Shown here: piece by piece, positions 1 to 9,178 of the stretch
How positions within the stretch are numbered: position 1 is the first letter of the stretch
Layout of the letters: each line of letters begins with the position of its first letter
NCBI GenBank assembly: GCA_963765205.1
Contig: CAVXVB010000008.1
Coordinates: 160,001-224,000, forward strand
DNA from: an uncultured Verrucomicrobiae bacterium
GTDB lineage: Bacteria; Verrucomicrobiota; Verrucomicrobiia; Opitutales; JABDGR01
Length of the DNA: 64,000 nucleotides
Direction: 5' to 3'
Made by a program: the position numbers and the translations under genes
The notes under the pieces: model-generated
Told to the model about the DNA's origin: nothing
The model's database searches: none
What the model saw: the letters and a program-made list of their open reading frames with translations, nothing else

Positions 1-175
1 CGCGGGTCAGGCCATCCATGGGAATGGCATACTCGGCCTCGATATGCGGGACGATGCGGTGCCCCTGCGTGTCGTAGTAGTCCCCGAACGCGCTGGCACA
101 GGCGCTAAAAAGCAACGTGACGCCGAGCCCAAGCATCGTCAGCGCCAACTTGAAATTGGTTGTCAATTTAATCAT
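1..175 (-). CDS. Partial putative lipoprotein (runs off the left edge)
   Basis: Read by hand from ATG at 175: MIKLTTNFKLALTMLGLGVTLLFSAC-ASAFGDYY..., a hydrophobic signal with a lipobox-like FSAC, open to position 1. Confidence 0.6.
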   Translation of the reverse strand, partial: MIKLTTNFKLALTMLGLGVTLLFSACASAFGDYYDTQGHRIVPHIEAEYAIPMDGLTR

Positions 176-338
176 TTGGCTGGGTGATCATCATTTGCCA
201 TGCCAGAGATTCATGAAAATTGCCAAGATCCTGGCCGGCAATACGTTAAAAAACGGCCGGCGTGCTGGGTGCTTTTTCTTCCGGCCTAAAATGACGGCTT
301 TGCCGTTTGCTGCGGCCATAAAATGACAGGGGCTTGCC

Positions 339-2053
339 TTATGGCCGGTGCACCACCACCACGATACGATCAGTCGCGTCCACGCATTGCACGGCCAGGC
401 CGTTGGCCCATAGCTGGCGGTCGAATTCCGTCACCACGTCCGATAAGGGAACCGCGTCCGTATGCACATTGATGCGGACATCCGGGAGGCCGGGGGCCAA
501 AAACACATAAGCGTCCAGATTGCGCGCCAGCCATCCCGCCACATTCGCCACCGTCACGTTGGGCGCGTTTAACCGTGACCAAGTTGGTTCGGAGATCCGC
601 CAAAAGCGGCTTTAACCGATCTTCGATCGCCGGGCCGGCCAATTTCGAATACGAAGCGGCCGCCGCCAGATCAACCGTGGCCATAGCCTGGGTGCCGTCC
701 GGCGAATCTTTCAGTGTCACGTCATTTAGCGCCAGCAGCACCCGCAATGCTTGCACGACTTGCGCCTTCGTCCAACCGGTTTGATCCGGATAGTGGGGCC
801 GCGGTGAAAAAAACAGGTTCCCCGTTGGCAGAGGCGCGGGCAAGGACAGGGTTTGGTGTGTGAGTTGCGCATAAGCCGCCACCGCGTCCGCCAACGATGC
901 GCCCGACTGGACCAATGAATTCAAATCCACGCTGTCGGCGCCCGAGTACGGTATGACGGAATTTACCGACGGCACGGGCGCGCTGGCCGCCGGTGAGACG
1001 GCAGGCAGGACGACGGGGCGGGTTTCGCCGGGGGGTGAAGCTTGGTCCCATGCGTCGCCGAGTGAGTGGGCTTTGGGGTCAAACGGAAGCGGCGCGGCGG
1101 TGTAAAGGCGCCGCATGCCTGATGGCGTATCCGGACCGCCGAAGCGCACGCTCGGCTCTGGCCGTTCCGCAGGGGTAAAGGACATGGCGTAGGTGTGGGG
1201 CTGGCTGTTGTCGTAGACGGGGACAAAGGCGGCATCGCCGACGCCATCATGAAGGGAAACCGCAAAGCGCTGCCCGCTCGTCAATGGTCTCGCTCCCGGC
1301 CCGCTGTAGGCGCCGTCCGGCATCTGTCGCACAACGCCATCAAGGATAAAGGAACAATAGCGCAGACGAAAATCGGTCAGCTCCGGGTCGGCAGGCGTCG
1401 GCCCAATGGCCCAAAGCACGACAAAGCCCAGAGGCGCACGCGGGTTTGGTTCGATGCCACCCAGTTCCAGCGTGGGCGCTTTCGTGGCGTCAAACGCGGG
1501 ATCAATGCGGATTTTCGCCACATTCGAGGCGCGCACGCCGTTGACGTAAACGGCCACCAGGTAGTCGCCGGAGGGATTTTGATCGAGCACCTTGGCTTGG
1601 TCATCGGGCAAGGCGGTCCTGAGCGCAGTGTAGGTTTTGGCATCACCCGTCCACTCGCCTTGCACGGGCCGCTGATCACCGGGTTTGCCCGTGAGGGGCC
1701 CTTGATAAGGCATGCGCGCCACTGGCCGGCCGGTATCGGCGCGGCGAATTATGGTTTCCGCCGCGATGATTTTGACGCCGCGATATTGGTCGGGGCCGCC
1801 CAGCCCGGTGAAATCCACCTCGACGGAATGCCGGTAATCGGCCCAGGATTTGAATACGCTGCCGGCCGGCATCAGCCAAAGCCCCCAGAGCGGGCACGGC
1901 GGTCGGCGGCGTGGGTGCATTCTCCGGCGCACGGACCTCAATCGGCGGAAGCTGAAAAGTGGGCGCAGGGGCCGGGGCATCGGCGGCGCCCAGTGCGAGT
2001 CGCGCGCCGAGCAACAAAGCCGTAAAAACGAGGCCTCGTTTGGGGATATTCAT
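339..2053 (-). CDS. Secreted protein (~570 aa when rejoined) with two C-terminal secretin-N0-like segments; two apparent +1 frameshifts
   Basis: The signal-peptide ORF 1676..2053 joins ORF 370..1980 by removing one base from ggg at ~1892-1894. That joins ORF 339..557 by removing one base from ttt at 568-570. Confidence 0.55.
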
Positions 2054-2129
2054 GGTTAGTTAGACGGCCCAGGGACAAATGTCTTAGAAGTTTTTGCAAT
2101 ACCACCTGCTCGGGCAATAATTTTTTTGG

Positions 2130-2162
2130 CTTCATCCTTCATCCCTCATCCTTCATCCTTCC
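2130..2162. repeat. 7-nt tandem repeat (CCTTCAT)n
   Basis: cttcatccttcatccctcatccttcatccttcc immediately before the glycerate kinase start. Confidence 0.85.
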
Positions 2163-2165
2163 TTC

Positions 2166-3338
2166 GTGCGCGTCCTCCTGGCCTTCGACAAGTTCAAACA
2201 TGCGCTCAGCGCGCCCGCGGCCTGCGCGGCAGCGGCAGCGGCCATCCGCGAGGCGTTCCCGCACGCGCGCACGGACGAGGCGCCGCTGGCCGACGGCGGC
2301 GAGGGTTTTTGTGAAATCCTAACCCACTCCGTCGGGGGGAAATTGCACCGGCACAAAGTCCACGGGCCGCGCTTCCATCCGGTCGAAGCGCACTGGGGCG
2401 CGGTGGATTTGGCACATGTTCCGCAAGCAGCGCGCGATTTGCTCGAGTTGCCGGACCATGGGCGCGCAGCCATCGTCGAGATGGCGCAGGCGAGCGGGCT
2501 GCAATTGCTGGCGCCAGGCGAACGGAACCCGTGGCACGCCTCCACCTTCGGCACCGGCGAAATGCTGGCGCGGGCGGCGGACAGCGGCGCGCGCGCGGCC
2601 ATCCTCGGCCTGGGCGGGGCGGCGACGAACGACCTGGGCCTCGGCGCGCTCGAAGCCATCGGCCTCGAATTCCGCGATGCGAACGGCGACCCGGTCCAAC
2701 ACGTCACCCCGGCGAAATTCGGCGAGATTGCGCGGATCGCGGGCGAGCCGTGGCCGCACATCCCGGATTTGCGCATCGCGTGCGACGTACGCAATATTCT
2801 GCTCGGCCCGAATGGCTGCACGGCCATGTATGCGCCGCAAAAGGGTTTGCCGGAGGGCGACCACGCGAAAATGGAAAAGACCCTCGGCGCGATGGCGAAA
2901 AAACTGTGCGCGCATTTCGACCAGCCGAAGACGTTGATGATGGAACCCGGCACGGGGGCCTCGGGCGGCCTCGGGTTTGGATTGCGCGTGGCCTGCGCCG
3001 CGCGGCTGGTACGGGGCTTTGATTTGATGAGCGCCTGGCTGCGGCTCGAGGAGCGCGTGCAGGCGGCAGATTTGGTGCTGACCGGCGAGGGCCGGTTTGA
3101 CAGCGGCTCGCTGTCCGGGAAGGCCGCCGGCGCGCTCGCGGAACTGGCGCTGAAGCACCACAAGAAACTCGTCGTGTTTGCCGGGCAGGTGGACGCACGC
3201 GCGGCGACGGAACTGCGCGCGCGCGCGCCCGCGGGGAAAGTCGCGCTATATGCGTTGTCGGCGGAAAATGAACCGGCGGAAGCGGCGCACCGGGCGACAG
3301 CGGCGCGGCTGGCGGCGAAGATTAGGGAAGTGCTCTAA
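2166..3338 (+). CDS. glxK: Glycerate kinase (GlxK/GarK family)
   Basis: Motifs AFDKFK, PLADGGEG, EMAQASGL, ASTFGTG, GLGGAATNDLG, TGEGRFD. Confidence 0.92.
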   Translation: MRVLLAFDKFKHALSAPAACAAAAAAIREAFPHARTDEAPLADGGEGFCEILTHSVGGKLHRHKVHGPRFHPVEAHWGAVDLAHVPQAARDLLELPDHGRAAIVEMAQASGLQLLAPGERNPWHASTFGTGEMLARAADSGARAAILGLGGAATNDLGLGALEAIGLEFRDANGDPVQHVTPAKFGEIARIAGEPWPHIPDLRIACDVRNILLGPNGCTAMYAPQKGLPEGDHAKMEKTLGAMAKKLCAHFDQPKTLMMEPGTGASGGLGFGLRVACAARLVRGFDLMSAWLRLEERVQAADLVLTGEGRFDSGSLSGKAAGALAELALKHHKKLVVFAGQVDARAATELRARAPAGKVALYALSAENEPAEAAHRATAARLAAKIREVL

Positions 3339-3470
3339 AATTTTGCCTTCAGCCTTTTCCAAATCGTTGGCCACTACGCGACCCTTTGGTTGACCCCAAT
3401 TTGAAGACATCACCTAATTTTTCACTTTCAAGTCGCGAAGCGCGCGCAGGGGGTAATGGTGCGAATTTAT

Positions 3471-3500
3471 TCTTTGCGCTCTGGGCGGCTTTGCGGTGAA
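3471..3500. repeat. 9-nt-period repeat arm (ACCGCRAAG family, right arm)
   Basis: tctttgcgctctgggcggctttgcggtgaa is close to the right arms at 31868-31898 and 36490-36520. Confidence 0.7.
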
Positions 3501-3510
3501 TTATTTGTGC

Positions 3511-3996
3511 ATGCACAAAGTCAACCTCGCGCACCTCCCCGAAGCGGAAGATAAATCGCCGAAGGGCAAATTCCATTCCTTTTACCAAGGCGTCTCCCTC
3601 GCCCTCGGCCGCGACGACCAGTCGCTCGACCTCGCCAAACGCCACCCCTTCGATCTGGAATACAACCGCCTGCCGCCCGGCGCGCTCAATTACCCCTACC
3701 ACGCCCATTCCGCGCAATGGGAACTGTATGTCGTCGTCTCCGGCCAGGGCCTTGTGCGCGACGAGGCCGGAATGACGGCCGTCGCGGCCGGCGACGCCTT
3801 TGTGTTCCCGCCCGGCCAGGCCCACCAGATCTCCAACCCCGGCCCCGGGGACTTGGTCTATTACGTCATCGCCGACAACCCGATCGGCGAATGCTGCTAT
3901 TATCCCGATAGCAAAAAATGGCTCGTCGCCCGCGACACCCCCGCCCGGAAACTCGTCCCAGACCAAAAGGCCGGCTATTACGACGGTGAGGAGTGA
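3511..3996 (+). CDS. Cupin domain protein
   Basis: Cupin motifs PYHAHSAQWELYVVVSGQG and GDAFVFPPGQAHQISN; C-terminus YYDGE. Confidence 0.88.
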   Translation: MHKVNLAHLPEAEDKSPKGKFHSFYQGVSLALGRDDQSLDLAKRHPFDLEYNRLPPGALNYPYHAHSAQWELYVVVSGQGLVRDEAGMTAVAAGDAFVFPPGQAHQISNPGPGDLVYYVIADNPIGECCYYPDSKKWLVARDTPARKLVPDQKAGYYDGEE

Positions 3997-4054
3997 GGCG
4001 GGCCAATTATGAGGATGCTCCCGAAATCTTGTCGCGTATGCTTTCAGTGCAATT

Positions 4055-4177
4055 CAGTAGTCAAGGAATCCTTAACTAATGCCGCTGACGGCAACTATCC
4101 GGAAATTCCGGATCGTTCAAACCGAAGGAGTTTGCCGTCCCTTCAGTAGTCAAGGATTCCTTGACTACTGAAGGGAC
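4055..4177. repeat. Cluster of three palindromes (4055-4081, 4093-4117, 4137-4177)
   Basis: CAGTAGTCAAGGA-A-TCCTTAACTAATG; AACTATCCGGAA-A-TTCCGGATCGTT; and a perfect 20-1-20 palindrome GTCCCTTCAGTAGTCAAGGA-T-TCCTTGACTACTGAAGGGAC. Confidence 0.9.
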
Positions 4178-5039
4178 CGCAGAATCCGCTTGGGCAAAAT
4201 CCCTGCCACGCAAGATCGTAGATTGATTTCACGAAATGACCTCGTAGATATCTAACACGGTCCTTAAACTCTGTTTGGTAAAAAGTGACGCCAACTAAAG
4301 CTGATCGTTCTATGCTTAGATGACCGTCAACCTCATGTTTGCGGATTTGCATCGCCCAAATTGGACCTCCGCTTACTCCAGCAAAACTCATGGGCAAATT
4401 GGGGGAGGTCGAGAAATCACACTTGCTCTCGATATAATCCCATCCGTCTTTTTCATGAATATCATGCGCTCCAATTGAATTTAGAAAAGCCATATGCTTG
4501 TTAATTCGATAAATGTCATTCCCGTCGATTGTCGTGCTGCAATCTAACTCTGGGTATCCAATCGATGCCAGACCAGTGCCAATAATTCCAAATTCTTGTA
4601 AAATTTGTTCGTGATTTCGGTCAAGCGACCACACCGAGCCGAAGGCCGATACCCATCCTAATGAAGCCCCAGGAATAATCTCCAAAAATGTCAAGTCGGG
4701 GCCATACTCCTCGCTTTTTGGCTTGGTTAGAGGGTGCTCAAGTAGCGCGTTTGGCGGCAACATCAAGTTACGGCCTCGCGCCAGAACCAAGAGAAGGGAG
4801 TCTTGACCATTGGGGCCAACATGAATCTCTGGTGAGCATGCATGCAAACAATGCCGAGCGGTAAGAATCCCGACGCGCCCGCACTTCTTTACCAATGTTC
4901 CAGATCCCAGTGGAACGAATGTGGATGCGTCATTCCCGATTACGCGACCAAGTGCCACAGAATACGGAACGAACTCGCTTTTGACGATTTCGAGAAACTC
5001 GTTTGGGAGGGCACCCAATGGAACGAATTCAATTCCCAT
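4143..5039 (-). CDS. Trypsin-like serine protease domain protein (AT-rich)
   Basis: GSGTLV...LTARHC (His), PDLTFL (Asp), GVSGGP (Ser); visibly lower GC than its neighbours. Confidence 0.75.
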   Translation of the reverse strand: MGIEFVPLGALPNEFLEIVKSEFVPYSVALGRVIGNDASTFVPLGSGTLVKKCGRVGILTARHCLHACSPEIHVGPNGQDSLLLVLARGRNLMLPPNALLEHPLTKPKSEEYGPDLTFLEIIPGASLGWVSAFGSVWSLDRNHEQILQEFGIIGTGLASIGYPELDCSTTIDGNDIYRINKHMAFLNSIGAHDIHEKDGWDYIESKCDFSTSPNLPMSFAGVSGGPIWAMQIRKHEVDGHLSIERSALVGVTFYQTEFKDRVRYLRGHFVKSIYDLAWQGFCPSGFCGPFSSQGILDY

Positions 5040-5061
5040 ATAGTCGATTGATGACCAGAGA

Positions 5062-6666
5062 TTATCGTTTCGAATCCCGCAGCAGTTTATAGGCATACGA
5101 GTCGCACAGCGCCTCATACGACGCCGCGATGATATTGTCCGACGCGCCGACGGTGCCCCAGTTTTCGTGGCCGTCGGTGGATTCCACCAGGACGCGGATC
5201 ACCGCTTGCGCTCCTTGCCCCGTGTCCACGATGCGGACGTTGAAGTCCGCGAGGCGCACGTCGAGGATGGCGGGGAAATGCGGGGCGAGGGCTTTGCGCA
5301 GCGCGCGGTCCAGCGCGCCGACCGGGCCGGCGTCCTCCGCGACTTCGTGGCGGACTTCGTCGCCGATTTTTACTTTCACGGTGGCCTCAGCCAGCAGCGA
5401 GCCTTCCCCTTCGCGCTCAACGGTGGCGCGGTAGCCGAGCACCTCGAAGGGTTCATGCCAGTTTTCCAAAAACCGTTTCAACAGCAGCAGAAACGACGCG
5501 TCGGCGGCTTCGTATTGGTAGCCGCGGAATTCGCGCGCCTTGACCTCGGCGAGAAAATCCTTCAGCCGCGGCGCGCGCGGGTCGAGTTCCAGGCCCAGTT
5601 CACGCGCCTTCATCATCACCGAGGCGCGGCCGGACATGTCGGAGACGAGCACGCGCGTCAGGTTGCCGACCAGCGCGGGATCAATGTGTTCGTAGGAGCG
5701 CGCGACTTTGCTCGCGGCGTCGGCGTGGATGCCGCCTTTGTGCGCGAAGGCCGTCGCGCCGACGTAGGGCGCCTTCGGGTCGGGGCGGAAATTCGCCAGC
5801 TCGTCCACAAAGTGTGAGAGGTCGCGCAACTCGGCGAGGTGCGCGGCGCAATGGAGCGGTCGGTGCATCTTGAGGGCGAGGTTCGGCAGGATGGTGGTGA
5901 GGTTGGCGTTGCCGTTGCGCTCGCCGTGGCCGTTCATCGTGCCTTGCACGAGCGTGCCGCCGGCTTCGACGCCCGTGAGTGTGACGGCGACCCCCAACCC
6001 GGCGTCGTTGTGGCAATGCAGGCCGATGCGCGCGCCGGGGAAGCGGCGCACGACCGCGGCGGTAATGTCATGCACCTCCCGCACGAGGCTGCCGCCGTTG
6101 GTGTCGCAGAGGGTGAGGCAGGGCGCGCCGGCGGTGTAGGCGGCCTCGAGCGTCTGCAGTGCATATTCGGGATGGTCCTTGTAGCCGTCGAAGAAATGCT
6201 CCGCGTCGTAGATGACCTCACGCCCGTGTTGCACCAGGTGGCGCACGGTGTCGGCGATCATGGCGAGGTTTTCCTCCGGCGTGACGCGGAGGACTTCCGT
6301 GACGTGCAGCAGCCACGATTTGCCGAAGATGGTGACGACGGGCGTGTGCGCGTCGAGCAGCAGGCGCACCTGCGCGTCCTCGGCCACCGGCGTGTGCGCG
6401 CGGCGCGTCGAGCCGAAGGCGGCGAGCTTGGCGTGGGTGAGTTTCAGTCCGCGCGCGCGCTCAAAAAACTCCTGGTCGCGCGGGTTCGAGCCGGGCCAAC
6501 CACCCTCGATGTAATCGAGGCCGAAGTGGTCGAGTTTTTCGACGAGCCGCAATTTCGCGGCGACGCTGAAGGAAACGCCCTCGCCCTGCGTGCCGTCGCG
6601 CAGGGTGGTGTCGTAGGTGAGGACGAGATGCGGGGAATCCGTGGGGGTGCGGGAAGAAGTGCTCAT
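5062..6666 (-). CDS. cimA: Citramalate synthase (LeuA/CimA family)
   Basis: YDTTLRDGTQGEG, IEGGWPGSNP, DAEHFFDG, HCHNDAG, GERNGNANL, AFAHKGGIH, plus a C-terminal regulatory domain. Confidence 0.93.
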   Translation of the reverse strand: MSTSSRTPTDSPHLVLTYDTTLRDGTQGEGVSFSVAAKLRLVEKLDHFGLDYIEGGWPGSNPRDQEFFERARGLKLTHAKLAAFGSTRRAHTPVAEDAQVRLLLDAHTPVVTIFGKSWLLHVTEVLRVTPEENLAMIADTVRHLVQHGREVIYDAEHFFDGYKDHPEYALQTLEAAYTAGAPCLTLCDTNGGSLVREVHDITAAVVRRFPGARIGLHCHNDAGLGVAVTLTGVEAGGTLVQGTMNGHGERNGNANLTTILPNLALKMHRPLHCAAHLAELRDLSHFVDELANFRPDPKAPYVGATAFAHKGGIHADAASKVARSYEHIDPALVGNLTRVLVSDMSGRASVMMKARELGLELDPRAPRLKDFLAEVKAREFRGYQYEAADASFLLLLKRFLENWHEPFEVLGYRATVEREGEGSLLAEATVKVKIGDEVRHEVAEDAGPVGALDRALRKALAPHFPAILDVRLADFNVRIVDTGQGAQAVIRVLVESTDGHENWGTVGASDNIIAASYEALCDSYAYKLLRDSKR

Positions 6667-6680
6667 GGGGCGGAAAGGGA

Positions 6681-6713
6681 ATTAAGAAGTAAGATTTAAG
6701 AATTAAGAAGTAA
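6681..6713. repeat. 7-nt tandem repeat (TAAGAAT-like)n
   Basis: attaagaagtaagatttaagaattaagaagtaa upstream of cimA; same family as the reverse-oriented copy at 46935-46964. Confidence 0.8.
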
Positions 6714-6929
6714 AATCCGTGGAAACAGCGGGCATGGCAAAGCCGCCAAATGCGCCCGCGAGGGAGCCGGGAGTAGCAAAACCGGGGAAGCCATCCGCCA
6801 TTCGCGCAGACCACACGCGCGGGCGCCGCCTCCCCTACCGAATTCGGAGGGTGCGCGAATCAAAAATAATGCACCGAAAATTCATTGACCCAACCAGCAA
6901 ATACAAAATGACGGGGCAAGTCAAACGCG

Positions 6930-7370
6930 TTATTGCGGCCATAACCACAGCCCAAGCAGCGCGCCTTGCAGGGCGCAGAGAACGACATCGTGCGCGGCGA
7001 CAATCACATAGAGCTTCAACGATTTCATCGCGAAGATGCTGTTGACGCCATGGCGCACGGCCACGAGACCCACGCCCACGAGCAGGCCCATTTTCAGCCC
7101 GCCGAACGCGCCCGTGGCGCCCAATTGTTCGTGCCAGGTGACGAGGAGCGCGAGCACGGTGGTCGAAAGAAAAGTCAACGCAAACGCGCCCACCAGCATC
7201 AACACGCCCTTCGAGCGCGGCATCTTCATATCCGCCACAGTGAAATTCATTTCCTTCATCCACGGCTTGACGAACAGCAGCGGCGAATACCAAACCCAGC
7301 CGAGCAGGAAGCCAATGACGGCAACTGCGAGCACAATCAAATAATTGAGGTGGGAGAGGACAGCGAACAT
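6930..7370 (-). CDS. DUF1761-like membrane protein
   Basis: NYLIVLAVAVIGFLLGWVWYSPLLFVKPWM motif and four hydrophobic segments. Confidence 0.8.
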   Translation of the reverse strand: MFAVLSHLNYLIVLAVAVIGFLLGWVWYSPLLFVKPWMKEMNFTVADMKMPRSKGVLMLVGAFALTFLSTTVLALLVTWHEQLGATGAFGGLKMGLLVGVGLVAVRHGVNSIFAMKSLKLYVIVAAHDVVLCALQGALLGLWLWPQ

Positions 7371-7512
7371 GGCAGTGGGGGTTGGCGTGGAACAATTCCA
7401 GATCAAGGGAACGATTCCAAGTTAAGAACGACGCCAGTAGGGGTCAAGCGGCGGAGGGAGGCGCGGCGAATTTTGCTTGCACGGCGCGGCGAAATCCGGG
7501 CAGGTTCAGGGG

Positions 7513-9111
7513 ATGCCCGCCACCCACCCGCCCGCCTCGCCCTCCCCGTTCGCCACCGCCGCGGCCACGCCCACCGCCGCACCGACGCCCGTGACCGTGC
7601 TCACCGGCTTCCTCGGCACGGGGAAGACGACCCTCCTCAACCATCTGCTCGCGCAGTTGCCGGGCAAGCGCGTCGCCGTCATCGAAAATGAATTCGGCGA
7701 AGTGAGCATTGACCACGCGATCATCGTCGGCGCGGAAGAACAGGTCTTGAGCAACGGCTGCGTCTGCTGCACGGTGCGCGGTGATTTGCTGCGCGTGCTG
7801 CGCGAGTTCGAGGAGCAGAACAAAAACTACGATTATATTCTGCTCGAAACCACCGGCCTCGCCAACCCGACACCCATCGCCCAGACCTTCCTGCTCGACC
7901 CCGCGCTCCAGGCGCGCTACCGGCTCGACGGCATCGTGACGCTGGCCGACGCCGTCAACCTGACGCGCCACCTCGACACGAAGGACGAGGCGCAAAAGCA
8001 GGTCGGCTTCGCGGATGTGATCATTTTGAACAAGGCGGATTTGGTTTCCGCGGCGGCGTTGGACGAAATCGAAGACCGGCTGCGCGGGCTGAACCGCACG
8101 GCGCGCATCGTCCGCGCCACGCGCGCGAATGTCCCGGTCGCGGCGGTCTTGGATTTGCATGCGTTTGACTTGGAGCGCGCGCTGGAACTCGACCCGGATT
8201 TCACCCGGCCCGAGCACCCGTTCACCTGGGCGGGGCTTTATACGCTCCCAGCGGGCGTCTTCCGCCTCACCGTGTCCGCCGCGGCCGCGCACCACGACGA
8301 GCATTGCCACCACGACCACGCTCACGGCGAGGAAGAACACACTCACGAACATGAGCATGAAGGAGAAGCGCATCATCACCACCCCCATGACGACGGCCAC
8401 GAATGCTGCGGACACGACCATGACCACGAACATGATGGGGCGCATGAGCATGACCATGGCCACGACCATGCTCACGATGACGAACCTGCTCCCACGCATC
8501 CGATGACCTTTGCCTGTCTGGCGCTGCCGGATGCAACGGAAAAATCCTGGCAGACCGCCGTGCTCGACGCCGACACGCTCTTCAGCACGACCGCCGAACT
8601 CGCGCATCCCGGCGCCGCGCTGCGCCCCGAGCGAAAATTACGCGAGCTGGCCCTGCCCGAGGCGCACAACGCCTTCGTGCTCGAATTGCCCAAGGCTGGC
8701 GCGTATGCGCTCTTCGCGCATCATGATTTGACGGCGCACGGCGGCGGCCTGGCGCGCGACGGCCGGGCTTTCACGCCCGCGCGCCTCGACCGCTTCAAAC
8801 ACGCCCACACCCACGACGACCGGGTCAAGTCCTTCACCATCCAAGCCAACGGCGACCTCGACCTCGACAAAGTGAACGCGTGGATCGAAGACCTCCTCGC
8901 GCGCGAAAGCGACCGGCTCTACCGCCTGAAAGGTTTTTTGGCCATCCGCGGCGTGAAGGAAAAATATCTTTTGCAAGGCGTCCACCAGCTCTTCAGCGGC
9001 GACGTGGCCGGACCGTGGGGGCCGGAACCGCGCCGCAACACGCTCGTGTTCATCGGCGAAAACCTCGACCAGCGCGCGCTGACCAAAGCCTTTCTCAAGT
9101 GCCTGGCGTGA
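7513..9111 (+). CDS. COG0523/CobW-family G3E metal-chaperone GTPase with His-rich insert
   Basis: TGFLGTGKTT, ENEFGE, GCVCC, ETTGLA, NKAD; C-terminal CobW_C-like RLKG..QGVH..LVFIG. Confidence 0.93.
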   Translation: MPATHPPASPSPFATAAATPTAAPTPVTVLTGFLGTGKTTLLNHLLAQLPGKRVAVIENEFGEVSIDHAIIVGAEEQVLSNGCVCCTVRGDLLRVLREFEEQNKNYDYILLETTGLANPTPIAQTFLLDPALQARYRLDGIVTLADAVNLTRHLDTKDEAQKQVGFADVIILNKADLVSAAALDEIEDRLRGLNRTARIVRATRANVPVAAVLDLHAFDLERALELDPDFTRPEHPFTWAGLYTLPAGVFRLTVSAAAAHHDEHCHHDHAHGEEEHTHEHEHEGEAHHHHPHDDGHECCGHDHDHEHDGAHEHDHGHDHAHDDEPAPTHPMTFACLALPDATEKSWQTAVLDADTLFSTTAELAHPGAALRPERKLRELALPEAHNAFVLELPKAGAYALFAHHDLTAHGGGLARDGRAFTPARLDRFKHAHTHDDRVKSFTIQANGDLDLDKVNAWIEDLLARESDRLYRLKGFLAIRGVKEKYLLQGVHQLFSGDVAGPWGPEPRRNTLVFIGENLDQRALTKAFLKCLA

Positions 9112-9178
9112 GGGAGGCAACTCATGAACAAATACCCTTGCTGGGCGGGAGCATAACGCCTAATCTGTTTGTCACTCT

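Noticed and set aside
190..206. Sigma54 promoter (TGGCAT-N5-ATGA) on the minus strand
   Set aside because: The -12 element lacks the conserved GC.
270..300. CCGGCCTAAA resembling the 3' part of a c-di-GMP-I riboswitch
   Set aside because: No upstream GAAA-loop stem or GCAAA elements.
4055..4177. Palindrome cluster as a mini-CRISPR or dif site
   Set aside because: Only two similar copies with irregular spacing, and no match to the XerD arm consensus.
8291..8480. CAC/GAC-rich DNA as a non-coding repeat
   Set aside because: It is the codon pattern of the His/Asp/Glu tract within the COG0523 gene.
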